Assembly: GCA_040289575.1 (NCBI GenBank)
Contig: PSLL01000001.1
Location: 120,096 to 166,438 of the forward strand
DNA from: Candidatus Dadabacteria bacterium
GTDB taxonomy: Bacteria; Desulfobacterota_D; UBA1144; Nemesobacterales; CSP1-2
DNA length: 46,343 bases
Reading direction: 5' to 3'
Of the stretch, positions 20,013 through 29,892 are shown in pieces. Below the pieces are notes generated by a model that was given only the letters and a program-made list of their open reading frames with translations, was not told the DNA's origin and ran no database searches. Position 1 is the stretch's first letter. Each line of letters begins with the position of its first letter. The translations under genes and the position numbers were made by a program.

Positions 20013-21759
20013 ATGAATAATTTATTTAGGATGAATTTAATTAGTAACAACAAGAACTCAATATATATTTGTCTGTCATTTATTGGAGCTATATTAGTTA
20101 TTGCAGGTTTGATTTTTAATCCTCTATTCGTAGCCAGATACTTAAGCTCACGCGGTGTTCTAGCGAAATCAACTGTTGTTGATATCTATAAGTTAGAATC
20201 ACTTATTATTATCCTTGGGTTGATTATTTGCCTTTTTTCTTTAGATAGAATTATCAATAGTACTCCAAATAAGATCGATAGGTTTTTGTTTATTCACAGA
20301 ATTGTCCTTTCCGGTCTTATTGTTGCCCTTCTCTTACTTATACTTCCATTTCTTCTTTATGATGTCATAAGGATTAGCTATATGGCTCCTATTGACTACA
20401 GCGAGGGATGGAATACAGTTCACACAACAGGATTACTCTATGGTAAGCCACTTTATGTACCGCTCAGGGGTTTCCCACTTACACCAGTCAATTATCCTCC
20501 GTTAGGATTCATTATTATTAGTGCACTCAGCTATTTTACGAGTTTATCGGTTCTCCAAACCGGAAGGATAGTTTCACTTATTTCATTATTGCTCATAGGT
20601 TATTTGATCTATGGAATAATTACCAATTTTACGTCAAAAAAATTAGGTGCCCTATTGGGTGCACTCATGTGGATTGCATTTATAGCACGATTGGCCAGAG
20701 ACTATGTTAGCATGTGCAACCCACAAATGTTGGGGCATGTTTTTTCTCTAGGAGCCCTTTATTTCTATTCCAAATGGGCTGATTGGCTTACCATACGAAA
20801 AACATGTGTACTGGCATTATTGTGCTGCTTTGCTCTATTTGTTAAATTCCTTTTAATTGCTGTTCCGGTTACACTTGCAATATCACTTTTCTTTAACAAC
20901 GGAAGATATTTTTGGGTTTTTACTTTAGCGGGAATAGTTATTTTCCCTCTTATGATTTTTGGAAGCTGGATTTATGGGAGAGAGTACTTTTTCTCCAACG
21001 TCATAGGCTTTGAGTTTGTTCGTCTTGCTTGGAACATGAAAATGGTAACAAATATTAGAGAACTATTTGCAACTCACTTTGCTTATGTTCTTTTCTTTCC
21101 CTTCATTACTCTTCTTTTTAACTGCCAAAGAAAATGGATTTCTGTTCCAGTATACTTCTCTATTTCTTTTCTATTGGGTTCTTATTTTATTCGTGGTCAT
21201 GGTGTTACTGTAAATGCCTGGTTTGATTTTTTTTATATCTGCTGCCATTGGTTTTGGACTATTGGCTGCAGAGTTTATAAAACCAGAAATTTTTTGGAAG
21301 CGTATTTTGGTTTGTGGAATTCTAGCCTCTTGTCTCTTGCCATTTTTTATGAATTTAAGAGGTGACCTAAGTAGAGTTTTAAACTACAATGAACTTAAAC
21401 AGCAGGAGAAAGACTATCGAACAAGTGTTGAACTTTTACGATCCATTGATGGAGCGGCTCTATTTGAGGATCCACTTTTGGGATTCGATGCGGGAAAAGA
21501 GTTTTTATTTGATCCTTTTATTGGTACTGATCTAATTTGGTCCAGACGCATACCTGAGAGAGTTTTAACAGATGCTATACGTGAACAAAAATTCGGTGCT
21601 ATTGTTTTTGAAGTTAGCCTCGATAAAGAGGAGCTATGGACACATAACATAATTGAGGCTATTAAGGACAATTATGAGTTACTAAATCTGCGGTATCACA
21701 GTCCTTATTTTTTTTATATACCGCGCAAAAGAAACACACATTTCATGGTAGGTCAGTGA
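20013..21759 (+). pseudogene. GT-C fold membrane glycosyltransferase #2, split by a frameshift in a T8 run
   Basis: DYSEGWN and NYPP motifs. ORFs 20013-21365 and 21214-21759 join into one frame (...AWFDFF|ISAAIGFGLL...) if one T is removed from the run at 21227-21234. Confidence 0.75.
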
Positions 21760-21910
21760 CTTAATTTAGTGAGTCATTAAAACCAAAGTGTGATTTGGGA
21801 TGAATGATTATGAGATTTTACTTCTGTAGGTGGGCTTGCTGTTTTATACAATGGCTTTTTCATCTCTATATTTCTGATTTAGTCTATAAATTTTTTATTT
21901 TAAGGAGTGA

Positions 21911-23728
21911 ATGGTTATGATAATACTCGGTATTTCTTGTTTTTATCATGATAGTGCTGCTGCTTTGGTAAGAGACGGGGAGATTATTGCGGCTGCCCAA
22001 GAGGAAAGATTTACACGCAAGAAGCATGACTTTGATTTTCCAAGGCATGCCATTGCCTACTGCTTACAAGAAGGAAAGATCTCCATAAGAGATGTGGACT
22101 ATGTTGCTTTCTACGATAAGCCTTTTATCAAGTTTGAACGAATTATCGAGACCTATCTTGCTTATGCTCCGAGGGGTTTAAAATCATTTCTTATAGCAGT
22201 TCCTCTATGGCTAAAGGAGAAGCTCTGGATGTCGGAGTTAATTAGGAAGGAACTCGGTGGATATAAAGGAGAAATTATTTTTCCAGAGCACCATGAATCT
22301 CATGCCGCTTCGGCGTTTTACCCTTCTCCTTTTGAGGAGGCTGCTATATTGACGATTGATGGGGTAGGGGAGTGGACGACGACCAGTTTCGGTATAGGGA
22401 AAGGCAATTCAATAGAAATCCAATGGGAACTCCGTTTCCCGCATTCATTGGGGATGCTCTATTCGGCATTTACCTATTACACTGGTTTCAAGGTAAATTC
22501 CGGTGAGTACAAGGTTATGGGGCTAGCTCCTTATGGGGAACCGAAGTATGTGGATTTGATTTATGAATACTTGATGGATCTGAAAGAGGATGGCTCCTTC
22601 AAGCTCAATATGGAGTATTTCAACTATTGTGCAGGACTCACAAATGAAAAGTTTCATAGGCTCTTTGGCGGTCCGCCGAGACAGCCAGAGACCAAGCTCA
22701 CTCAAAAAGAGATGGATTTAGCGGCATCTATTCAGGCAGTTACAGATGAGGTGATGTTGCGTATGGCCCGTCATGTAAAAAGTGTAACTGGTCAGAGGTA
22801 CTTATGCCTAGCAGGTGGTGTGGCGCTAAACTGTGTGGCAAATGGCAAGATTTTACGCGCCGATATTTTTGATGATCTATGGATTCAACCCGCGGCGGGG
22901 GATGCAGGGGGATCGCTAGGGGCAGCACTGATAGTCTGGTATCAGTACCTAGGTAATAAGCGAAGGGTTGGTAAAAGAGATATGCAAAAGGGCTCTTATC
23001 TCGGACCGGCATTTTCGGACGACTATATCGAAAACTTCTTAAGACAGAAAAAAATTCCTTATGAGAAGTGTGAAAATGGGCAACTTACCCAACTGGTTGC
23101 TGAGTTATTAACCCAGGAGAAGGTCATCGGTTGGTTTTCCGGACGCATGGAGTTTGGTCCTCGCGCGTTGGGAGCGCGTAGTATCATTGGGGATGCCCGT
23201 TCACCCAATATACAATCCACGATGAATTTAAAGATAAAGTTTCGCGAGTCGTTTCGTCCGTTTGCTCCAACTGTACTGCGTGAAAAGGCCTCTGAATGGT
23301 TTGAAATGGACCGGGAGAGTCCTTATATGCTTCTCGTAGCCGATGTTAAGAAGGAAAAACAACGTGAAATGACAGATAGAGAAAAACAATTGTGGGGTAT
23401 TGATAAACTAAATGTGGTGCGAAGTGAGATTCCAGCAGTTACACACGTTGATTATTCTGCACGTATTCAAACGATTGACAGAGAAGATCACCCACTGTAC
23501 TACGAGTTAGTAGAGAGGTTTTATGAAAAGACAGGATGCCCTATTATTGTTAATACATCCTTTAATGTGCGCGGAGAGCCTATTGTGTGTACCCCGGAGG
23601 ATGCTTATAGGTGCTTTATGCGAACGAATATGGATTATCTTGTTCTTGGCAAATTCATTTTAGATAAGACCCAGCAACCCAGATTTGAGGATAACAGCGA
23701 CTGGAGAAAGGAGTATGAACTGGATTGA
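21911..23728 (+). CDS. O-carbamoyltransferase, NodU/CmcH family (SxtI-like subgroup)
   Basis: YHDSAA, EERFTRKKH, EHHESHAASAF, DGVGE, GEYKVMGLAPYG, GGVALN, EFGPRALGARS, RESFRPFAP, NTSFNVRGEP. Confidence 0.95.
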   Translation: MVMIILGISCFYHDSAAALVRDGEIIAAAQEERFTRKKHDFDFPRHAIAYCLQEGKISIRDVDYVAFYDKPFIKFERIIETYLAYAPRGLKSFLIAVPLWLKEKLWMSELIRKELGGYKGEIIFPEHHESHAASAFYPSPFEEAAILTIDGVGEWTTTSFGIGKGNSIEIQWELRFPHSLGMLYSAFTYYTGFKVNSGEYKVMGLAPYGEPKYVDLIYEYLMDLKEDGSFKLNMEYFNYCAGLTNEKFHRLFGGPPRQPETKLTQKEMDLAASIQAVTDEVMLRMARHVKSVTGQRYLCLAGGVALNCVANGKILRADIFDDLWIQPAAGDAGGSLGAALIVWYQYLGNKRRVGKRDMQKGSYLGPAFSDDYIENFLRQKKIPYEKCENGQLTQLVAELLTQEKVIGWFSGRMEFGPRALGARSIIGDARSPNIQSTMNLKIKFRESFRPFAPTVLREKASEWFEMDRESPYMLLVADVKKEKQREMTDREKQLWGIDKLNVVRSEIPAVTHVDYSARIQTIDREDHPLYYELVERFYEKTGCPIIVNTSFNVRGEPIVCTPEDAYRCFMRTNMDYLVLGKFILDKTQQPRFEDNSDWRKEYELD

Positions 23729-23794
23729 AGGATTTATTAATGAACGGAATTGTTATAAATAAATCCCCGGGGCTTAATTAAAGGAGTAGTAAAA

Positions 23795-24217
23795 ATGATA
23801 TCAACAATAAAAAAGGAACTCAATTCACTAAAGACTGATAAGAAGACACTTAGAAATTTCGGACTTCTCTTCTTTGTAGTTTTGGGTGCCATGGCGGGTC
23901 TCTCTTATTGGAAGGGAAGTTCACATTGGCCGTGGTTTATAGGGGGAAGCGGGTTGTTTCTCATTTTGGGCTTATTCTTTCCGTCTCTTCTTAAATCTTT
24001 CTACAAGGTGTGGATGGTATTTGCCTTTCTACTAGGCTGGGTAATGACCAGAGTTATATTAACTCTGACCTTCTTCTTAGTCTTTACCCCTGTGGGTTTT
24101 ATGTTGAGAGTGTTGGGTAAGGATCTATTAAATCAGAGGATTGGCAAGAATGCCAGCACATACTGGCGCAGGCGTGAACCTATATGGGATAAGTCGAGAT
24201 ACTTAAAGCAATACTGA
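23795..24217 (+). CDS. SxtJ-family membrane protein
   Basis: LRNFG, W...A..LGWV.TR.IL...FF..FTP.G...R..GKDLL, TYW..R; directly follows the carbamoyltransferase; AAGGAG SD. Confidence 0.85.
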   Translation: MISTIKKELNSLKTDKKTLRNFGLLFFVVLGAMAGLSYWKGSSHWPWFIGGSGLFLILGLFFPSLLKSFYKVWMVFAFLLGWVMTRVILTLTFFLVFTPVGFMLRVLGKDLLNQRIGKNASTYWRRREPIWDKSRYLKQY

Positions 24218-24231
24218 GGAGGTTTTTTAAG

Positions 24232-24390
24232 ATGAGTAAACTGTATATGTTTAGAGAACTCTGGGGATTTCTGAGGGTAAGGAAGAAGTGGTGGTTAACT
24301 CCAATTATTCTATTCTTGATTATATTGAGTGCATTGATCATCTTTACATCTGGCTCTGCAATTGCGCCATTCATTTATACTCTATTTTAG
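24232..24390 (+). CDS. SxtK-like / DUF5989 small membrane protein (52 aa, below the ORF-track cutoff)
   Basis: MSKLYMFRELWGFLRVRKKWWLTPIILFLIILSALIIFTSGSAIAPFIYTLF; RKKWWL.P and APFIYTLF signatures; GGAGG SD right after the previous stop codon. Confidence 0.9.
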   Translation: MSKLYMFRELWGFLRVRKKWWLTPIILFLIILSALIIFTSGSAIAPFIYTLF

Positions 24391-24666
24391 AAATGTATGA
24401 CGACCGACAAGAATTGCAAGATCCACTATAATTGAGAATAATACCAATTCCATCGGATACTTCTGGTGTGCTCAAAAAGGTGGTTATTGTCAGTGGATTT
24501 TGTGTCTCTTGTATTGACCTGAGTCTTAGCTAAGTCCATACTGTGCTTTCCAGGGATATTTCCAGAGGCTTTATATGGGCGTTTTTAGATCTTAGACAAG
24601 ATCCTACTATATTCTAAAAAACGGGTTTTGGTGGCTGATGATATATGGTGGAATGGAGGGACAGCA

Positions 24667-25929
24667 GTGAGGGAATGGACAATAAGACTAGGGCTTATAG
24701 TTTTTGGATTTTTCATAGTCGTGGTCTCTATGGTGGCTTTAGAGTTCTATTTAAGCAGATTCACCCCTCATATCTTGACTCTCTATAAGCCAGATGAATA
24801 TATAGGCTGGAAGGGGATACCTAATTTCAAGGGGGAGTTCAAGAAAGGTAGAGTAAGCTCATATGTTAGGATGAACTCTCATGGGTTTAGAGATAAAGAA
24901 CGTAGTTATGAGAAAGGGAAAGATACATTCAGGATTGTTGTTCTGGGTGATTCTTTTACTGAGGGTATGCAAGTTCCACTAGAGCAGACATTTCCATATA
25001 TACTTGAGGAGAGGTTAAATTCGGGGGGAAGTAGTGAGAGGTTTGAGGTAATAAATCTTGGGGTATCAGGGTTTGGTACTGCTCAGGAATACCTAGCACT
25101 TAAGTATTATGGATTAAGATATCACCCCGATCTTGTCATATTAGAATTCTTTATAGGTAATGATGTTGTAAACAATTCCTTGATCCTAGAAACTGAGAAG
25201 GAGAGGCCATTTTTTGTATTAAGTGGCGGTAAACTAGAAGAGCTGCCATTTAAAATCAGGACTAGCAATCTCGCTAAAGGAGAAGGGGAGACCAAGGAGG
25301 ATGTTGCTGAGCAATTCCGAATTAAATATTTGATACTTAGATATTCAACGAGGTTTTTTCCCAATATCTCCTATTCATTGGAGGATAGAATAAAACAAAC
25401 ACCATGGTTAGCAAATCTATTGTGGAAAATGGGTATTGTTAACTCTAAACCACAATTGCCTGATAAATCTCAAAGAGATGAAATCCCTTTAGATAAGTAT
25501 ATATATGCTGAGAGTTATTCACGGGAATGGGAGGATGCTTGGGAGATTACAAAGGGATTAATATTGAAGTTAGCAAATGAATTAGAGGCACAGAAGATAG
25601 GGTTTCTAGTGGTTGTTATTCCAAATGAGTATGAATTTAGGTCTGATATATGGGATAAGATTCTAGGTGCATATCCTCAGATGAGGTCAATGAGGTTAGA
25701 TTTAAGGAAGCCAGAGGGTATTTTATCGAGATTTTTTGAATCAAATGGGATAGAGTATCTTCTACTGAGGTCGGAATTTGAGAGATATACCAAGGAAACT
25801 GGTAAGGATTTACATTTCCACTTTGCATATGAGAATCACTGGAATGCGGATGGGCATGCCCTTGCTGCTGATCTCATCTATAAGAAACTGAAAGAAGATA
25901 AGTTAGTGTCAATAAAAGATGTACAATAG
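24667..25929 (+). CDS. Membrane-anchored SGNH/GDSL protein (AlgX/AlgJ-like), copy 1
   Basis: N-terminal TM; NSHGFRD, LGDSFTEG, NLGVSGFGT, GND, ENHWN..GH. GTG 24667 follows a GGAGG SD. Confidence 0.85.
   Translation: MREWTIRLGLIVFGFFIVVVSMVALEFYLSRFTPHILTLYKPDEYIGWKGIPNFKGEFKKGRVSSYVRMNSHGFRDKERSYEKGKDTFRIVVLGDSFTEGMQVPLEQTFPYILEERLNSGGSSERFEVINLGVSGFGTAQEYLALKYYGLRYHPDLVILEFFIGNDVVNNSLILETEKERPFFVLSGGKLEELPFKIRTSNLAKGEGETKEDVAEQFRIKYLILRYSTRFFPNISYSLEDRIKQTPWLANLLWKMGIVNSKPQLPDKSQRDEIPLDKYIYAESYSREWEDAWEITKGLILKLANELEAQKIGFLVVVIPNEYEFRSDIWDKILGAYPQMRSMRLDLRKPEGILSRFFESNGIEYLLLRSEFERYTKETGKDLHFHFAYENHWNADGHALAADLIYKKLKEDKLVSIKDVQ
24670..25895 (+). repeat. 1226-bp direct repeat, copy A
   Basis: Matches 26957-28182 at offset 2287. 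One difference seen (G25492 vs T27779). Confidence 0.95.
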
Positions 25930-26044
25930 GAAAAGTGACTTAGACTTAGTCTGTCAGATCTTTGCAAAGTTCCTTTTCACTATCATAAAAGTAGAAATTC
26001 TGTCATAACTGAACTTGTATTGATGCCTTGTACTTGGTATTAAA

Positions 26045-26929
26045 ATGGGATTAGATAATAATGCAACTAGATTTTTACTTTATGCAAAAACACAAGGGGT
26101 TAATTTCACTAAAACTGCTATGATTGGAAGGCAGAAACTTCATATAGATATAAGGTCGTTAAGAAAAAATCTAATAGACTTTGGTTACTTCACTAGAAAT
26201 GACGAAGTCAAGCGCCTGTTAAACGAGAGAGATGGCTATGCTGAGCCATTTCTCCAAATGTTGGGTGCAGCTGAAATCTACTCATTTGATGTCAATGATT
26301 ATGAAGATGCTACCAATATACATGATTTTAACCTACCAATTGATGAGCACCTCAAGAATCGTTTTACTGTAGTCTTAGATGTAGGATTACTAGAACACGT
26401 ATTTAATTTTCCTATGGCAGTCAAGAATTGTATGGAGATGGTAGAATTAGGAGGGCATTTTCTTATCATAACTCCCACCAATAATTTTTTCGGACACGGT
26501 TTTTATCAGTTTAGTCCGGAACTATTCTTTAGAATATTTAACACGATAAATGGCTTTAGACTTGTGCGAATGATTCTGTTTGAAGAATCACTTAGAGTAC
26601 AGTGGTTTGAGGTAATAGACCCTGGAGCTGTTGAACAAAGGGTGACTCTAGTCAATACACGCCCAACGTATCTGGCAATAATAGCCAAAGAGGTTGAATC
26701 TGTCCCTATCTTTATTACATATCCTCAGCAAGGCTACTATGTCTCGTTGTGGGAATCAGGTGATAATACAGCAGAATCGGATTCTTTTTTAAGGGCTTTT
26801 GGTAAATTCAGGAAACAAATTTACAAACTTGTCCCCAATCCATTGAGGATATTTTATCTTTATATCCATAACCAGTGGAAAATTTTTTCTCGTTATAATC
26901 CTAAATTTTTTAGGAAGGTGAGGGTATAG
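26045..26929 (+). CDS. Putative class I methyltransferase-fold protein
   Basis: HDFN.PI, FTVVLDVGLLEHVFN, GGHFLIITP, GHGFYQFSPE. Motif I is atypical (MIGRQ). Confidence 0.65.
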   Translation: MGLDNNATRFLLYAKTQGVNFTKTAMIGRQKLHIDIRSLRKNLIDFGYFTRNDEVKRLLNERDGYAEPFLQMLGAAEIYSFDVNDYEDATNIHDFNLPIDEHLKNRFTVVLDVGLLEHVFNFPMAVKNCMEMVELGGHFLIITPTNNFFGHGFYQFSPELFFRIFNTINGFRLVRMILFEESLRVQWFEVIDPGAVEQRVTLVNTRPTYLAIIAKEVESVPIFITYPQQGYYVSLWESGDNTAESDSFLRAFGKFRKQIYKLVPNPLRIFYLYIHNQWKIFSRYNPKFFRKVRV

Positions 26930-26941
26930 GAATAAGGAGCG

Positions 26942-28219
26942 ATGCGGATGATATTAAGGGAATGGACAATAAGACTAGGGCTTATAGTTTTTGGATTTTT
27001 CATAGTCGTGGTCTCTATGGTGGCTTTAGAGTTCTATTTAAGCAGATTCACCCCTCATATCTTGACTCTCTATAAGCCAGATGAATATATAGGCTGGAAG
27101 GGGATACCTAATTTCAAGGGGGAGTTCAAGAAAGGTAGAGTAAGCTCATATGTTAGGATGAACTCTCATGGGTTTAGAGATAAAGAACGTAGTTATGAGA
27201 AAGGGAAAGATACATTCAGGATTGTTGTTCTGGGTGATTCTTTTACTGAGGGTATGCAAGTTCCACTAGAGCAGACATTTCCATATATACTTGAGGAGAG
27301 GTTAAATTCGGGGGGAAGTAGTGAGAGGTTTGAGGTAATAAATCTTGGGGTATCAGGGTTTGGTACTGCTCAGGAATACCTAGCACTTAAGTATTATGGA
27401 TTAAGATATCACCCCGATCTTGTCATATTAGAATTCTTTATAGGTAATGATGTTGTAAACAATTCCTTGATCCTAGAAACTGAGAAGGAGAGGCCATTTT
27501 TTGTATTAAGTGGCGGTAAACTAGAAGAGCTGCCATTTAAAATCAGGACTAGCAATCTCGCTAAAGGAGAAGGGGAGACCAAGGAGGATGTTGCTGAGCA
27601 ATTCCGAATTAAATATTTGATACTTAGATATTCAACGAGGTTTTTTCCCAATATCTCCTATTCATTGGAGGATAGAATAAAACAAACACCATGGTTAGCA
27701 AATCTATTGTGGAAAATGGGTATTGTTAACTCTAAACCACAATTGCCTGATAAATCTCAAAGAGATGAAATCCCTTTATATAAGTATATATATGCTGAGA
27801 GTTATTCACGGGAATGGGAGGATGCTTGGGAGATTACAAAGGGATTAATATTGAAGTTAGCAAATGAATTAGAGGCACAGAAGATAGGGTTTCTAGTGGT
27901 TGTTATTCCAAATGAGTATGAATTTAGGTCTGATATATGGGATAAGATTCTAGGTGCATATCCTCAGATGAGGTCAATGAGGTTAGATTTAAGGAAGCCA
28001 GAGGGTATTTTATCGAGATTTTTTGAATCAAATGGGATAGAGTATCTTCTACTGAGGTCGGAATTTGAGAGATATACCAAGGAAACTGGTAAGGATTTAC
28101 ATTTCCACTTTGCATATGAGAATCACTGGAATGCGGATGGGCATGCCCTTGCTGCTGATCTCATCTATAAGAAACTGAAAGATAAAGGTATAGTGTCTCA
28201 TAAAGGGAGGCATGTATAG
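26942..28219 (+). CDS. Membrane-anchored SGNH/GDSL protein, copy 2
   Basis: Same protein as copy 1 except the termini and one D/Y change; own AAGGAG SD. Confidence 0.85.
   Translation: MRMILREWTIRLGLIVFGFFIVVVSMVALEFYLSRFTPHILTLYKPDEYIGWKGIPNFKGEFKKGRVSSYVRMNSHGFRDKERSYEKGKDTFRIVVLGDSFTEGMQVPLEQTFPYILEERLNSGGSSERFEVINLGVSGFGTAQEYLALKYYGLRYHPDLVILEFFIGNDVVNNSLILETEKERPFFVLSGGKLEELPFKIRTSNLAKGEGETKEDVAEQFRIKYLILRYSTRFFPNISYSLEDRIKQTPWLANLLWKMGIVNSKPQLPDKSQRDEIPLYKYIYAESYSREWEDAWEITKGLILKLANELEAQKIGFLVVVIPNEYEFRSDIWDKILGAYPQMRSMRLDLRKPEGILSRFFESNGIEYLLLRSEFERYTKETGKDLHFHFAYENHWNADGHALAADLIYKKLKDKGIVSHKGRHV
26957..28182 (+). repeat. 1226-bp direct repeat, copy B
   Basis: Matches 24670-25895. 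Confidence 0.95.
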
Positions 28220-28305
28220 ATTATCGCGAGAGATAAAAAATAAAGCTCTCTGTGTTTTGTGGTTTTCAAGAGGTCTATTTTAATAAATAGCATAAAACAT
28301 AAAAT

Positions 28306-29808
28306 ATGAAGCTAAATAGAAGTGGGTTAATATTGTTGTTAATTCTACTCCTAGGTTTATTTCTCAGAACCCACAATTTAAGTAAGGAGAGTATATGGTT
28401 TGACGAAGGGTATTCAATTAGCGTGGCTGACTTGAGTCTGCTTCAGATAGTTGTAGAGACATATAAGAGCGATCAAAACCTACCCTTGTATTATATTATT
28501 TTGCACTTCTGGATTAGTCTATTCGGTGATTCTGAATTTTCGGTTAGATTTCCGTCTGTCATATTTGGTCTTTTTGCGATATTTATGCTCTATGAGGTGG
28601 GTAGATTAATTTTTGATAATGAGGTCGGTATCTTGGGATCGTTATTACTGGGATTATCTTTATTTCATATTCGTTATTCCCAAGAAGCTAGATGTTATAG
28701 TCTGATGGTTTTGCTGACTCTAATCTCTATTTATTTCTTTATAAGGCTTTTCAAAGAGAGAAGCCTTATATTTTCAATTGGTTATATCCTATCAAGTACT
28801 CTATTAATCTACACTCATGTCTATGGCTTATTTATAATAATAGCCCAAGATATCTATATTGTTACGCTGTTTCTATCGTCAAAGGAAAATCATAAACTCA
28901 ATTTCAGATTATGGATCTTACTGCAATTTATATTAATCACTCTATTTATACCAGAGATTGGATTTTTCTTGCGTAATGTGTCAGATATGGTTCACCATGG
29001 TTATTGGATACCAGTACCTGTTATAAGTTCAATAATTGATTCTTTCTTTGAATATGCAGGGTCCCGCTATTTATCGTTACTCTTTCTGATATTGTCATCT
29101 TTTTCAATAGTAAATTGCGAAAAATTTAGTGGTAGCTTTAGTTGGAGAGATTTTTTTAAGTCTATTGAAAGCTACCGCTGGAATATATACCTATCGGATA
29201 CTAATAGAGTCTATCTAGTATTAGTCTGGCTGCTAACCCCTATTGTTTTGCCATTTTTAATTTCTAGATTTTTAACCCCAATTTATATTACTAGGTACAC
29301 AATTGGAGCTTCCTTGGCTTTTTATTTACTATTATCCAAAGGAATCAGAAATCTAAATTTTAGATACATAAAATTAGCTGCGATTGGTATAATCACTATC
29401 CTTTCTTTAAGGGCTGTTTGGATGTATTACACAAATACCAATAAAGAGCAATGGAGAGAGGTAGCGAATTATATAGATACGAATGCTGAACGCGGAGACT
29501 TGTTAGTATTTAATTGCTACCCTTGTGCAAAGGGAGGGCTCTTTGATTATTACTCTAAAAGAATAGACTTAACCAAAAAGGTGTTTTCAAGGACGCCCAG
29601 CCCCCAACCAGGCGATTATGATATAAGAGAAATTAGTATTAGCGTAAGAGGTTGTAATAGAGTTTGGTATATAATGGCCAGTGAGGGTTATCAAGAAGAT
29701 AAAGAGTTTATTAAAAAGACGCTTAGCGAGGCTTATAATTTATCCTACTATAAGAGATATGTTGGTATAGAGGTGTATCTGTTTAGTAATAAAAGCAGGA
29801 AAAAATGA
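28306..29808 (+). CDS. GT-C fold membrane glycosyltransferase (GT39/GT83-like) #3
   Basis: SIWFDEGYS, PLYYIILHFW, R.PSVIFG, YSQEARCY, RY, WRE. Confidence 0.88.
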   Translation: MKLNRSGLILLLILLLGLFLRTHNLSKESIWFDEGYSISVADLSLLQIVVETYKSDQNLPLYYIILHFWISLFGDSEFSVRFPSVIFGLFAIFMLYEVGRLIFDNEVGILGSLLLGLSLFHIRYSQEARCYSLMVLLTLISIYFFIRLFKERSLIFSIGYILSSTLLIYTHVYGLFIIIAQDIYIVTLFLSSKENHKLNFRLWILLQFILITLFIPEIGFFLRNVSDMVHHGYWIPVPVISSIIDSFFEYAGSRYLSLLFLILSSFSIVNCEKFSGSFSWRDFFKSIESYRWNIYLSDTNRVYLVLVWLLTPIVLPFLISRFLTPIYITRYTIGASLAFYLLLSKGIRNLNFRYIKLAAIGIITILSLRAVWMYYTNTNKEQWREVANYIDTNAERGDLLVFNCYPCAKGGLFDYYSKRIDLTKKVFSRTPSPQPGDYDIREISISVRGCNRVWYIMASEGYQEDKEFIKKTLSEAYNLSYYKRYVGIEVYLFSNKSRKK

Positions 29809-29818
29809 AAAACTCTAC

Positions 29819-29874
29819 CTTCTCCCTATCAACTCAGTATTTATTCGAACTGATATCTATGCTTTAGGGAGAAG
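29819..29874 (+). other. Intergenic stem-loop (CTTCTCCCTA...TAGGGAGAAG with inner TCAGT/ACTGA helix)
   Basis: Perfect 10-bp inverted repeat plus a 5-bp inner repeat; no U-tract follows. Confidence 0.5.
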
Positions 29875-29892
29875 TAAAAGGGGGGGCAGAAC

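Noticed and set aside
21757..21777. Rho-independent terminator after GT-C #2 (TGACTTA...TGAGTCA)
   Set aside because: Weak AT-rich stem with no U-tract.
21911..25929. Saxitoxin biosynthesis cluster
   Set aside because: Only IJK(L)-like genes are present. There is no sxtA, sxtG or sxtB-type core gene, and the context is polysaccharide synthesis.
24670..28182. Composite transposon (repeat-gene-repeat)
   Set aside because: The repeats encode an SGNH protein, not a transposase, and I saw no terminal inverted repeats or target duplication.
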